DNA from: Octopus sinensis
Taxonomy: Eukaryota
Assembly (NCBI RefSeq): GCF_006345805.1
Contig: NC_043007.1
Span: 68,696,001-68,760,000 of the forward strand
DNA length: 64,000 nt
Reading direction: 5' to 3'
Shown here: positions 25,058-37,504 of the stretch, one piece after another
How positions within the stretch are numbered: the first letter of the stretch is position 1
Layout: every line of letters starts with the position of its first letter
The notes under the pieces: generated by a model
Seen by the model: the letters and a program-made list of their open reading frames with translations, nothing else
Told to the model about the DNA's origin: nothing
Database searches by the model: none
Made by a program: the position numbers and the translations under genes

Positions 25058-26617
25058 ATCCGCCTCCCTTTTCCCCTCACTTACCACCCCACGACCCTAC
25101 GTCTCCAACGCACCATTCTTCGAGCTTTCCGTCATCTCCAGTCCGACCCGTCCACTTCACACCTCTTCCCTAACCGACCCCTCCCCTCTTTCAAACGAGC
25201 CCACAACCTTCGAGACCTTTTGGTTCATAGCTCCTTCCCTGACCCTACCTCCCAACCCGGCTCGTTCCCCTGCTCTCGCCCACGTTGCCGCATTTGCCCT
25301 TACCTCTCCAACACCACCCGCCTCACTAGCACCCACCATCGACCCTATCCCATCATCCACTCCTTCACCTGCACCTCCAGCAATATTATCTATTGCATCT
25401 CTTGCTCTCTCTGCAATTCCTTGTACATCGGACAAACGGGACGGCGCTTGGCTGACGGGTTCGCGGAACACCTTCGTGACATCCACCTTGCGAACGACAC
25501 ACCGGTCTCACGCCATTTCCGCTCCACCGGTCACTCCTTGCAACACCTATCTGTGTTCGGTTTGTCCTTACACAGAGGCCATCCGGATTCCCGTTTGCGC
25601 CGTGAACAGGAATTAATCTTCTCTCTTCGCTCTTATACGCCATTTGGTCTCAACTCTCCCCCCCTCCTCATCTAACCCCCTCTCCCCCCTCCTCACCTAT
25701 CCTTCCCCCCCGACCCCTACTTCTTCAGTCCTTCATCCTTTCACCCCTACTCTCCTTCCCTTCTTCCCTCTTTCTCCCTCCCTCCTTCCCTCTGCTCACT
25801 CACTCCCCCTCTCCCTCTTTCCTCCTTCCTCCCCCTCCTCCCCTTCCTTCTCCCCCTCCTCTCTCTCCCCATCCTCTCCTCTTCCCCACTCTCCTCACCC
25901 TCTCCTCCTCCCATCCCCCCTCTTCTCCTCACTACACCACACGACTTCACACATCACATCATATATGATGTGCCATACTAATACATACACCAACTAATAC
26001 ATACTAATACGTACTAATACATACTAATACATACTAATACATACACCAACCCTATACATACACACGTCCAGACCCCTCATACGCACTTATACTCTCTCAT
26101 ACACACACACACACACACACTTATACATACTAATACGTACTAATACATACTAATACATACTAATACATACACCAACCCCATACATACGCACGTCCACACC
26201 AATCCTACGCACTAATACTCTCTCATACACACACACACACACACCCTTATACATACTAATACATACACCAACCCTATACATACACACGTCCAGACCCCTC
26301 CTACGCACTATTAGCTGGTCCTTCAACCATATTATCAACCCTATTATCTCCCCTTATTTCGCTCTCGCGTCTCATGTTTGATCTTTGACCTCTCCCGAAA
26401 TCAGATAGCCATGTTGATTCGTTAGCTACTGCACGCATTTTTTTTCTCTCTTTCTTTCTGTGTTTTTTTTCTCTCTGTGTATCTTTCTGTTGAAGAGCGT
26501 AGGCTCGAAACGTTAAAGACTTGTTTTATTTATATTTCCTGAGCGCCATACTAATACAATTGTTCGTTTGTTTTCCACCTGCCTTCGTCTTTTGTCTATT
26601 TTCATAAAGCTTCCCGT
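25058..26617 (+). mobile_element. 5'-truncated Penelope-like element: GIY-YIG endonuclease end + terminal repeat, flanked by (TA)n
   Basis: PLTYHP...FKRAHNLRDLLVHS...CSRPRCRICP...FTCTSSNIIYCISCSLC..LYIGQTGRRL...EHLRDI...REQELIFSL...PFGLN. The 3' repeat contains a hammerhead-like motif at 26482-26520. Confidence 0.92.
26482..26520 (+). ncRNA. Minimal hammerhead-like motif with variant core CUGUUGA
   Basis: Stem I TCTTT/AAAGA, core CTGTTGA+A, stem II GAGC-GTAG-GCTC, GAA-ACGT-T. Confidence 0.5.
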
Positions 26618-26629
26618 TATATATATATA

Positions 26630-26678
<49 letters not shown>

Positions 26679-26684
26679 ATATAA

Positions 26685-26756
<72 letters not shown>

Positions 26757-26859
26757 AGAGTAAGCACATATATGTGAAACCAGGTGGGAAAAATACTACT
26801 GGAATACTGGAGGTAGAGTAACAAGCATTATTATTAATGATCGTTAGTAAAAAGACCAA

Positions 26860-27260
26860 TGAAGCACAACCAATTTTAATGTATTGTATGTCTATAAATA
26901 TCTATCTCTTCTGTCATTTCTCCTGTCAAAGAAAATATTTCTCCATCGTTCGCCATTTTATCTTCGCCTGTTCTAACGACCCTCCATCTTTGTATTCGTT
27001 CGGTTTTCTTGCATGTCTCCACTGTCCTGGTTTTGTTCGCAACTTTGACCTTCAATAAATCCCAAATTTTATTTTGGCTTTTATGGGAGCAACTGTATTC
27101 GAAGACTCATATTGTCGAAATCGGGAGTAGATAGGCAGCCGACAACCGATGAAGGGTCGTTCTTTATGTTACTTGTCCTGTTTTCCATCTGTCTCTCTCG
27201 TTGTTTGCGTATTCGACTCATTTGTATTTCATGTTGTTTACTGTTTGTGACGTCCTGTAC
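26860..27260 (+). repeat. Interspersed repeat, probably a Penelope-type terminal repeat (second family; homologue at 54300-54930 minus)
   Basis: Shares CAACTTTGACC...GCAACTGT...TCGAAAT.CG..AGTAGA..CAGCC.ACAAC.GATG.AGGG with the inverted copy. Confidence 0.5.
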
Positions 27261-27274
27261 CCATATATGCATAT

Positions 27275-27344
<70 letters not shown>

Positions 27345-27347
<3 letters not shown>

Positions 27348-27510
27348 AGAATTCACGAAAAAAACAAAAGATGAAGACAGGTGGTGTAGAAAACAAACAG
27401 ATGTATTAGTATAACGCTCAGGAATTGAAAAAGTCTTTTACGTTTCGAGCCTACGCTCTTCCACAGAAAAGAACACAGAAAGAAACAAGGAGAGAAAAAA
27501 TGTGTAGTGG
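27345..27510 (-). mobile_element. Solo Penelope-like terminal repeat, same family as 26400-26617, with CUGUGGA hammerhead-like motif (27433-27472)
   Basis: RC reads CTGTGGAAGAGCGTAGGCTCGAAACGTAAAAGAC...CCTGAGCG..ATACTAATACA..TGTTTGTTTTC.ACACC.CCTGTCTTC; ends in (TA)n. Confidence 0.7.
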
Positions 27511-27577
27511 CTACCGATCTATATATGTATATTTATGTATACATGTGTATATATATGCATATATTATTTGATTGTAC

Positions 27578-27702
27578 GCCACGCATCCATTTCCAAGTGA
27601 AATAAAGTGTCTTGCTCAAGAACACAACACACAGCCCGGTCCGGGAATCGAACTCACAACTTCACGATCGTAGGCTCTACGCTCTAACCACTGAGCCATG
27701 CT
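27578..27702 (-). mobile_element. tRNA-headed CORE-type SINE fragment
   Basis: TGGCTCAGTGGTTAGAGCG (A box), GAGTTCGATTCCC (B box), GTGTTCTTGAGCAAGACACTT (CORE-like). Confidence 0.75.
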
Positions 27703-27767
27703 CAGTGTTAGAGCGTTATTATTACTATTATCATTATTATTATTATTATTATCATTATTATTATTAC

Positions 27768-27812
<45 letters not shown>

Positions 27813-27897
27813 CATCATTATTTAGAAATATATGTATATATATACATATATTTCCAAATCTCTGAAAGAGAGACATTCAATAACAGTTCTTTAATAT

Positions 27898-28135
27898 AAA
27901 GGCTATTTGCCAACATAATGTGACTGTCCCGAAAGGGACGATGTTACTGTTGCTTTACCCACTAAAAACATCGTTTCTAACTGGCTATACGACATACTAT
28001 CTGTGTGTTCGAAAATACAAGGACACACACAGTGTTTCGTATAGCTAGCTACAGACGATGCTTATTGGGGCTAAAAGAACAGTAACATCGTCCCTTTCGA
28101 GACAGACACATTATGTTGACAAATAGCCTTTCCTT
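27898..28135. mobile_element. Foldback (whole-length palindromic) MITE, ~235 bp
   Basis: AAGGCTATTTGCCAACATAATGTGACTGTCCCGAAAGGGACGATGTTACTGTT versus its near-perfect inverse at 28078-28130. Inner arms are also complementary around a ~10-nt loop. Confidence 0.8.
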
Positions 28136-28483
28136 ATATATATATATATATATATATATATGTAAATACACACTAACTGATATTCCGTTGGTTACAACAA
28201 CGCGATTTCAAGTTGATCCAATCAACGGCCTCGTGAAATTAACATACCGCTGGCAATACAGAAGTACACAAACCGCTTAACATAGTTCTCAGAGAGATTC
28301 AGCGCGACACAGGATGTGACAAAGCTAGAAATAGAGGTACTATTCATTTTTGCCAGACAATTGAACAGGAGCAACGTGAAATACGTGTCTAGCTCAAGGG
28401 CAAAACGAGCCGACAGTAATCAAACTCATGTACTTACGATCGTGAGCTGACGACGCCAACCTCTAAGCTACACGTCTTCATAA

Positions 28484-28519
<36 letters not shown>

Positions 28520-28564
28520 ATACATACATACATACATACATACATACATACATACATACATACA

Positions 28565-29118
28565 TAAGAAAAAGAGAGCACCTATGCTGAACTATTGAGA
28601 AATCTGCAGTTACTCCTATCCAGATTACAAGTACAGGTTTATACCTGTAATTATTGGAGCGCTGGAATATGTAACGCACTGCCTAAATATCAATTTTGAG
28701 AAATTAGGCTTCTCAAAACTACAGATCCAATTCATCACTGGAACTGTAAAAATGTATTGAACTTTCCAGAAGTTTATCATTTAAATATATATAAGCATGT
28801 CTAGATATGCAACTATATGGATGAGAAGGCATACATAAAACATACACATCTGCACATACATACATACATACATACATACATACATACATACATACATACA
28901 TACATACATACATACATACATACATACATACATACCTGCATACATACATACATACATACGTACGTACATAAAACATATACATACGTACGTACATAAAACA
29001 TACACATCTGCACATACATACATACATACATACACACATACATACATACATAAAAAAATACAATGTTGTTGATGTTGAAATTCCAATGAAGGGGCCTTGG
29101 ATCTAGGTTAAAAACCTG
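28565..29118 (+). mobile_element. R4-like (RLE) non-LTR retroelement, 5'-truncated copy 1
   Basis: KKESTYAELLRNLQLLYPDYKYRFIPVIIGAL..VTHCL...LQIQ.ITGTVK, stop, then a 3' UTR shared with copy 2, then (ACAT)n. Confidence 0.75.
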
Positions 29119-30080
29119 GATGGATGAGCATATGTGCGCTGAAAACCAAGCATGGCTATGTCAGTAGAAAGCTCGGAGATGATAGTAACATTGATCATTA
29201 AAGCAGTCTATCATGAACCAATAACCGGATTACTACGTTCCACGTTGAAGTCTATGTGTTTGCAATCCAGGAGCAGGATTACCTGATGCTCAAAATGGAT
29301 AGAGATGCAGGAAAAGCAGTAAAATATGACAACCGATGCAGACTTTGTGGAGTTAACACCCAAGATATCAACCACATCATTACTAATTGTCCGAAAATGT
29401 CATCAAACTGTTATCTACCGATGAGACATAATGTAGCTAAGACTCTATATAATGAAATCCGTCGAAAGGGTAACCCTGAGGACAAAGAAATAAGTACCCA
29501 CATTATGGTGGACGCTATAGCCACTCACAATAAAAAGAAGTACTGGGAAAATGACCCAGTGAAAAAGTCTTAAAATGATATGATGATTTGTGATTCAGAA
29601 GATAAACTGTTTACAGAGATGTTAACATAAGGCTGAAGATCAATGACAAAGAGAATACCCACACTGAACTACTGAGAAATCTGCAGTCACTCTAGCCAGA
29701 TTAGGCTTATACCTGTTATTATTGGGGCACTGGGATATGTAACACGCTATCTAAATAGCAATATTAAGAAATTAGGCTTCTCAAAACCAGAAACAAGAAA
29801 GCAAATTCGACGACTGCAGATCCAATCCATCACTGGCATCGTAAAAATCTGTAAAACATTCCAGAAGTATATCATTTAAATATATAGGAGCATGTCTAGA
29901 TATGCAACTATATGCATGAGAATACATACATAAAACTAAACATACAAATCTGCACATATACATACATACATACATACATAACATACATACATACATACAT
30001 ACATACATACATACATACATACATACATACATACATACATACATACATACATACATGCAAAAATACCCTGCTGTTGTTTG
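29119..30080 (+). mobile_element. R4-like (RLE) non-LTR retroelement, 5'-truncated copy 2
   Basis: HGY...FAIQEQ...CRLCG...INHIITNCP...RHNVAK (CCHC-RHN motif), followed by a degraded RLE region and the same C-terminus and 3' UTR as copy 1. Confidence 0.85.
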
Positions 30081-30386
30081 GTTCTGAAGGCAGGTAACAA
30101 GCTAGAAACACATCCATCAGTGCTAAAACAAGCTAAACATAAACTTATCAGTCCGCAAAGGCCAGCTTTAAGCTGACAATGAAGTTCTTATACCATTTTA
30201 GCCACAACGAGGATATTTCTGCATGGCAACCTGACGTAAAATAGACTTTACAAGTTGATATATGTCCCAAACATATTTGAACGAACCTAAAGTTTATTTT
30301 CTGTCACTGCTTTGCCTACTTACTTATGTGTACATGCATGCATACATACATACATACATACATACATACATACATACATACATACA

Positions 30387-30420
<34 letters not shown>

Positions 30421-31049
30421 CATACATACACAGTGGGATTTGAATTATGTACTGTGCAGTAAGACTTACAAATTTAAGCTGACGCCGTGTCTCAGCACTA
30501 TTTTCTTCACAAATTTAGTTACGAATTTCAATGTGATCATAATTCTTTTTTACTATAAGCACAAGGCTAGAAATTTAGTGAGGAGGGGATTAGTCGATTG
30601 CTTGGGCCTAAGTGCTCAACTGGTATTTATTTTATCGTTCCTGGAAGGATGAAAATCGTCGAAATTTTGAACTGAGAACTTTAAGATTCGGAGGAAATGA
30701 GGTTAAGCATTTTGCTTGACGCGCTAGCAAATCTATAAGATCGCCGTCTTACATTCTAGTATAATCATAATGCCAGAATTTTTGAGAGAAGAGTATAGTC
30801 GATGACACTGACTTCAATAATTCACGGATTCTTATTTTATAAAATCCAGTAAGGTTTGAAAACATAGCGTAAAGAAACCAGCTATAATCCGTATGGCATA
30901 CTGTTCCGTGCTCTACTTGTTCTCGCAGGTCAGTATCTGTTCATAAAACATATTATAACAGAAATCGATAATGAAACAGTTTCATCTACCTAAAGTTCAG
31001 TAATCAAGTACTCCTTTATCTCAATGAATATTAAAATAAAGCAAAATTT

Positions 31050-31800
31050 CAGTTACCATTCTGAAGACATTGAAATGATAAATTACTAAGACGAAGACAT
31101 GTACGTGCAAGTTTGTAAAGTTCTGAAGACAAATCACTAAGAGTGTTGCTACGACGAATCGATAGAAGCTGAAAACAGTCGTATATAATTTACACTGCTT
31201 TTTGTCACATGTTTTAGTAAGTTTCTATGTTATTTCTGTGCAGCTGCCGTAACAGTTCGTGCTCTTTCAAGCAAAATATCAATACATGTATCACATTGCT
31301 ATAAATGACGTCGAAGTAATTCTATTATATTCTGCAGTTTCTAAACGCATCTTATTTGATTTATCAATATCAACGACCCAATAAAAGCGTCGATAATTAG
31401 CTAAAGTTATCTTGTATTCAGAAATAGCGGGATTACACTACTAAGCTGATTTCTTCTGTTGAAATCTTAATAGATTAATCTTCAAAATCTTGTAAACTAG
31501 ACATACTAACCAGAGGGATTCTCATATCACTGTGAGAGTTATTACATTTCTTTCCGAAATTCAGTGGTGTAATATTGTGGTCAGACAATATTCTATAATG
31601 AAAACCTCCTTTGGTGAGAGATGATGAATCATAAAATACTGAAGTTGTTTGCCATATTCATATGTCATTCGCTTGCATGCTTGATGGATTGTTGATATAT
31701 AGAAGAAAGTGATATGCCTTCTATCATTAAACTTGCTTCTGTTCATTGCAGATGTCACAAAACTTCCTGGACATTAAAAGATCACAGAAAATGTTACCAG
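31050..31800 (-). mobile_element. Very old RTE-like RT remnant
   Basis: Fragments VDIDKSNKMRLETAEYNRI and FYRFVVATLL resemble RTE DI..RI..A..AF.RL and LYRS.V.S.LLYG; many stops. Confidence 0.35.
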
Positions 31801-32079
31801 TTGACTACATTCATCGCTTTATTCAATGATGTTGCTGGACAAGACAAAACTACTTTTAGATAAAAGAGAAAGGCTTTTTGATTAATTAAAGAAACGATGC
31901 TACACGCAGGATCGTCTGAAATGATTATTAATATAAACTGTAAAAAGCTGTCCTCTAAAATGGTGAAATAAAACTGGATTCAGTGTTTGATAAGGAAATT
32001 AATTACTTAAACCATCGTTCCTTTCAAACTCTAAACAAAAAGTATATTACATGTATATATATATATATATATATGTGTG

Positions 32080-32141
<62 letters not shown>

Positions 32142-32257
32142 ATATATATATATATATATACATATACATACACACATATATACATGCACATATATACATA
32201 CATATATATATATATACACAGATAAATACACACGCACATAGACACACACACACACAA

Positions 32258-32307
<50 letters not shown>

Positions 32308-32309
<2 letters not shown>

Positions 32310-32400
32310 AGCAGAGGTAGCCGGCGTTGCTCGGGATAAAAATGGTATAGTCTTTTATTGTGTTAATTGTTTCGGTCATGTAACAATGGTCATTCTGGTG
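32308..32400 (-). mobile_element. Helitron 3' terminus
   Basis: RC CCCGAGCAACGCCGGCTACCTCTGCTGG|T: the same hairpin as the 12539/14536 family, with CTGG in place of CTAG. Confidence 0.7.
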
Positions 32401-33357
32401 CACTGCCTTTAATCGAAAAAATCGACCCCGGAAAATTATTCTTTGTAAGCCTAGTACTTATTCCATCGGTTTGTTAAGTGAAACAGGTAAATTACGGGAA
32501 GGTAATTGCAGTCTTTCTCCTCTGCCTGCTGCTGTCACGTGACCCGCAGCCAGCTTTCTCCCATTCTCACACTGGTCCGTTTGCTGACCAGTCTCAAATT
32601 CTCTATCTCTCCGTTCTCTATCCTTTATGATATCTTCTAAGCGTTACCCACCATTCTTGTGTTCTTAGCCTAAGGCCGTATTTTGCTCGTCTGTTCGTCC
32701 TTGTCCACCGTCCTAAACCGCACACTCTGTTGTTTTGCTTTGTTTTGTTTGCTCTCGAGTTTGAATTCTTCGCCAAAAAGTTTTTTCGGACACTTCCAAT
32801 TTGGGAAGCCCTCAGTTTTATCATTAATGCAGCGAAACTGAGTATTACCTATTGGTTGATAACTGATGAAGAATTAGAGACATTCTGATATATATATATA
32901 TATATAATATATATATATATATCTATATATATATATATATAGTATATATATACACATATATACATTATACAAAGTATTTAATTTCATAAATATGATTATA
33001 ATAAAGGCAACAACTGAGTAATTCCACATGCTAGAAAAAGACGTCAAATGGCTCTAAAACTACCTTCTTTATCTAATAGACATGGGTTGAAAGAGTCTTT
33101 AAAATGATCGATTTCTGGTTTAGGATGTAATACCATTTTACTGTCCTCAGTATGACATAACCGAAACTACATAATTATAAACATTTATGCATACCATATG
33201 AACACAATGTATCCACAGTGCAAAGATAAATGACCACAATTTTATACACGTTAAATCTAAAACTACATTATGCATCATATAGGCACAGGGTGAAAGCGAG
33301 GGAATGAACAAAAATGATTTTAACCTGCTAACTACTTGATAAAATTTTATATAGATA

Positions 33358-33650
33358 CACCTGGTCTGATCAATAAGTATCTGGACTGTTGTTATAGTAA
33401 CGAAGCTAAAGCATATACAGTAAAGCCGCTCGGTACGGACTGATCACGGCCTTTGCTGTGCGTGCGCACTAGGTTTTAACGTTCTAGCTCACTTCTGCCG
33501 TTTACAGCAGTGCTTGGAAGTAACGTGTATAGCGTGTGTTTGTTGCATTGACCATGACAGAGTCAGTGGAGAAGAGAATCTTCATCAAATCTTGCCAAAA
33601 GCTTGGCGGTACCTGCTCAGAGGCCTACGCAACATTTTCCAGAAGTTTTC
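33358..33650 (+). mobile_element. Mariner element 5' fragment (TIR + transposase start)
   Basis: TA followed by CACCTGGTCTGATCAATAAGTATC; MTESVEKRIFIKSCQKLGGTCSEAY resembles the mariner N-terminus EQRICIKFC.KLG..A.ET. Confidence 0.65.
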
Positions 33651-33818
33651 ATCGTTCTCAACACAATCTAGGAGACATCGTGCAACTGAAACCCGAGTGT
33701 CTTTTCGGTCAGCTGAAAGCAGTTTTTCGGAGCAGTTGATGATGGAGGTATGTTGGATTATTGGTATGGCTGTATTTGCATATGTGGAATAGTATCATAG
33801 CACAACCATTTGATATAT

Positions 33819-33901
<83 letters not shown>

Positions 33902-34039
33902 ATTATATACATAATTATAACAAGGGTTTGACTATAAGCCTCTCCACACACTGGAAAAATAGACGCCAAAAGACACGTTTACCACCTCAGAATCTCCGAG
34001 AATAACACATAAATATGTGTGTGTACGTATGTATGTATG

Positions 34040-34071
<32 letters not shown>

Positions 34072-34159
34072 AATGTAATAAATAAAATATATGCATACAT
34101 ACATACATATATGTCCTGTTCTTGTCACAAAGATAGACATTTTTCTATTAAAAAAAAAC

Positions 34160-34350
34160 GATTTTACAAATGCACGTTCCCACAGCTTTATCGATCACAT
34201 TCTCACCTGGAATTGATTTTTGCCCTTATACAGTCGGCATCTACATATCAAATTTGAGCGCAATCGGATGGAGGATGCCCGAGAACCTAGAAGACACAGA
34301 CAGACAGACAACGGGTTTTATATAATATATTATATATATATATATATAGA
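34160..34350 (-). mobile_element. Non-autonomous Helitron-like 5' part (family of 7755)
   Basis: RC starts TCTATATATA..TATAAAACCCGTTGTCTGTCTG and is homologous to 7755-7940. Confidence 0.65.
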
Positions 34351-34859
34351 GAGAGAGAGGCTTTAAGGTATGTAGAAAAATTGAGTTAACAATAGAGGTG
34401 TGCTTTGAAGGAGCTTTCCGCCTTCTATTTCTAGCTGAATAATCAACTACATATAGGTTTCTCATTTGGTTCGTCTACACTATTTTCAACATGTGTAGTG
34501 ATTCTCTAGTTTTCGCTTCTATTCTGTCTGATCGTATTAAGTTATGTTATCCTACAAAATAGCTATCCGGCAATTTCATCTAACTTATTGAAAACAATCA
34601 ATCATTTCTAATCCATAACTCAAGCCATAATCTGACTTCGATTATGCATTCATGCAATTTTCATTCGTGTAAGAGCATAGCAAGACGGTGAGAAAGCCAA
34701 ACGGTGATCTATCATATCGATTACAATATTTCGATTAATATCTTCCAGAAGCAAAATGAAACTAGCATAGTATTCACTTGTCTTTGTATTTCTACATGCT
34801 GGCACGTATGTATATCCTTCTGGTTATAATTTTCAAATTTCTCGCTAATAAATAAAGAC

Positions 34860-37060
34860 TTGGTTTCCAATTTAGTAACGCAGCTCATTCACATGGATTT
34901 AAAGAATTCATACAGCCTGTCATGTATGTTTGTATATGCATGTATTCGCTCATATGTAACACTTTTTTTCTGTGTGGTATTGTCTCACACCAAATCTTAT
35001 GTAACGCCACTGTCAGGCATGATCTTATTCTGCTGATAAAAAGAAAGTTTCTGTTTAACCCTTTGTTATACATTCTCGACTGTTGTTTGTTTGTTCCTTC
35101 TCAAGCCATGCCTGGCTCATAAGGGCCGGTTTCCCGGTTTCCTTGGCGTATACATTTCCCACCTGGATGGGACGCCGGTCCGTCGCAGGTGAGCTGCAAG
35201 TTGCAGGAGGGAAGAGTGAGAGAAAGTTGTGGCGAAAGAGTCAGCAGTAGTTCGCCATTACCTTCTGCCGGAGCCGCGTGGAGCTTAGGTGTTTCGCTCA
35301 TAAACATACGCATCGCCCGGTCTGAGATTCGAACCCGCGATCCCTCGACCGCGAGTCCGCTGCTCTAACCACTAGACCATGTGCCTCCACATACATTCTC
35401 GATTGTCCTCCCCTTACTTTTACTTGTATATTGCGCGGAAGTATAGTCGGCTGCACCGTGAATGTCAGCTATAGTGTGAAATGAGTTGTATCAACTGCAA
35501 CGGTCTAATACATGTTGAACGACGTTGGCATTAATATCATATCATTTGAAGGTATTAGGATCACACGTTCAGAAAGCCACTCATGCTTTCCATTATTCTA
35601 TGAGAGGCTCGAATAAAATTTCAGCAGTATTTCTTTCGAGATTTGTTGGTTATTATCCGCATTTTCTTTCTATGTTGGTATGTCCTTGATAAACGTCAAC
35701 TGGCAGCTGAGTATTGGCACCATTCTACGTGAATTATTTATTAAGTGAGCGGATGAGTTGTCTCTGAAACTGTCATTCTCATGTTAGTAGAAGTATGAAG
35801 CTTTTTCCTCTCATCACCAAATATAAGTTTGTCTGAGGCATACTCTGAACTCATCAGCTAGTGAGCCTTTTGTAATGATATAGTTCTCTTGAACTCATCA
35901 ATGTTGACAGCTGGTTCCATACATAATGTTAATATTACCTATGAAATCGTGTAAGCTATGACTGAAAACCTCAAACGCAAGTGTCTGTGACAATGTCATC
36001 ACATACTTTCAGCGTAGACTGCTTCAGAAATTTTCCTTGTCTGAATCTCTGCCAATATTGCACACACGATTTTCATTCTGTTCGAGGTTGCAGTGCAGTT
36101 TAAAAGAAGAATGAGCAGTTCTGCCACATGTGATCAAAATTGCAGTAATTTTCGATGAGTCCATTGCAGTTACAATGTGGATGAGTGAAAAAACTCTTGC
36201 CAAAATGAGGCTCCTCGGGAAAGTGTTGCTTGTTCCTCCAGAAGCATCACGGAAAATTATCCCTTCCGAGTCAGATGACAACAGTTGTTTAATCCTTCTA
36301 ATAAAGGTTAATTGCCAGACTGCATTTTTCATTTATGTACAACGTCGGATGATTAATTTTAGTGAACATCCTGTTGAATGTCAAAGCTAGTTGGTTAAAG
36401 ACTCTCTCGAACGAGTGATTCAATACAGTTTGTTCCGAAGTTGACAATCCACTGTTAAAAAAACTTGCGCGCCATGGATTGTTCAGTATTTTCCATGAGG
36501 ATCAGCACGTGGAATATTTTTCTTTCTGACTGAGACTAGAGGGATGCGCAGTATGTACGACAGTGAAGTTCATGTTATTACTAACCCGTTTAAACTGTTG
36601 CAGCTCAACAGCTGCAGGAAATATATGAGCAGGAAGGATATTCTAAGGAGACGATGCATTGTGGAGAAAGGACTTGGTATTGTGATTAATGCAGGGCCAG
36701 GCGTTGGAACCAACACAGATGACAGAGTGAGAGAAAATTGGAACCAACACAGATGACAGAGTGAGAGAAAATTCTAGGCTTGGTGGGGATTATTTTAGGC
36801 TTGTTAAGTTTGACATAGTATGTCTTGTCTTGCTGTCTTGATTACTATCCGAAAGTGTTAGTTGCCATAGAAAATGATAGTAGAATGGTACCGCGGGTTC
36901 GGTCACGCTTCATGGTATTTCCTGGGAGTGCATTAACATACTCTCCGGAATGAAGCGTTATAAGTAGAATAGTGCAGTTGGAAACTGTAGAGCAGCTTAT
37001 CGGATGGGCAATACATATAACTGAAAGATCCAATTTTCTCACACACTGTCATGCTGATTT
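34860..37060 (-). mobile_element. Autonomous Helitron RepHel remnant (PIF1-like helicase + linker), interrupted by a SINE and carrying an internal inversion
   Basis: IIFRDASGGTSNTF (cf. FFLDAPGGTGKTF), CGRTAHSSFKL (GGRTAHS.FKL), KGSLADEFRVCL (RGTRAD.I.ACL), EWLSERVIL (WL.ERAIL) and IRSCLTVALHKIWCET (RL.FAMTINKSQGQT) occur in the expected order. Confidence 0.8.
35083..35390 (-). mobile_element. Full-length tRNA-derived SINE (family GGAGGCACATGG) with 15-bp TSD
   Basis: A box TGGTCTAGTGG, B box GGTTCGAATC, (AAAC)n tail. TSD ATACATTCTCGA(C/T)TG at 35068-35082 and 35391-35405. Confidence 0.9.
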
Positions 37061-37213
37061 AACCGTGAATCACGTTACAACGCACGAATCTGCTGAATAG
37101 TCAGCCAAATTGCATGCTAAAGAAAGGTTGCACACTTGACCAAACCGTTAGACGCACATACATAAACATTCACAGAAGAGTCTGTCATGTATGCATGTGT
37201 ACACACACACACA

Positions 37214-37334
<121 letters not shown>

Positions 37335-37403
37335 GTAGGAGTAGCTGTGTGGTAAGTAGCTTGCTTACGAACCACATGGTTCCAGGTTCAGTCCCACTGC
37401 GTG
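37335..37403 (+). mobile_element. Truncated tRNA-like SINE head (family GGAGTGGCTGTGTGGTAAG)
   Basis: Matches the head of the 38707-39152 SINE. Confidence 0.7.
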
Positions 37404-37426
37404 ATATATATATATATATATAATAT

Positions 37427-37504
<78 letters not shown>

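Noticed and set aside
35310-35390. tRNA-like sequences (also 27630-27702, 40380-40456, 58292-58362)
   Set aside because: They are SINE heads joined to SINE bodies or TSDs, with an imperfect cloverleaf; not called as tRNA genes.
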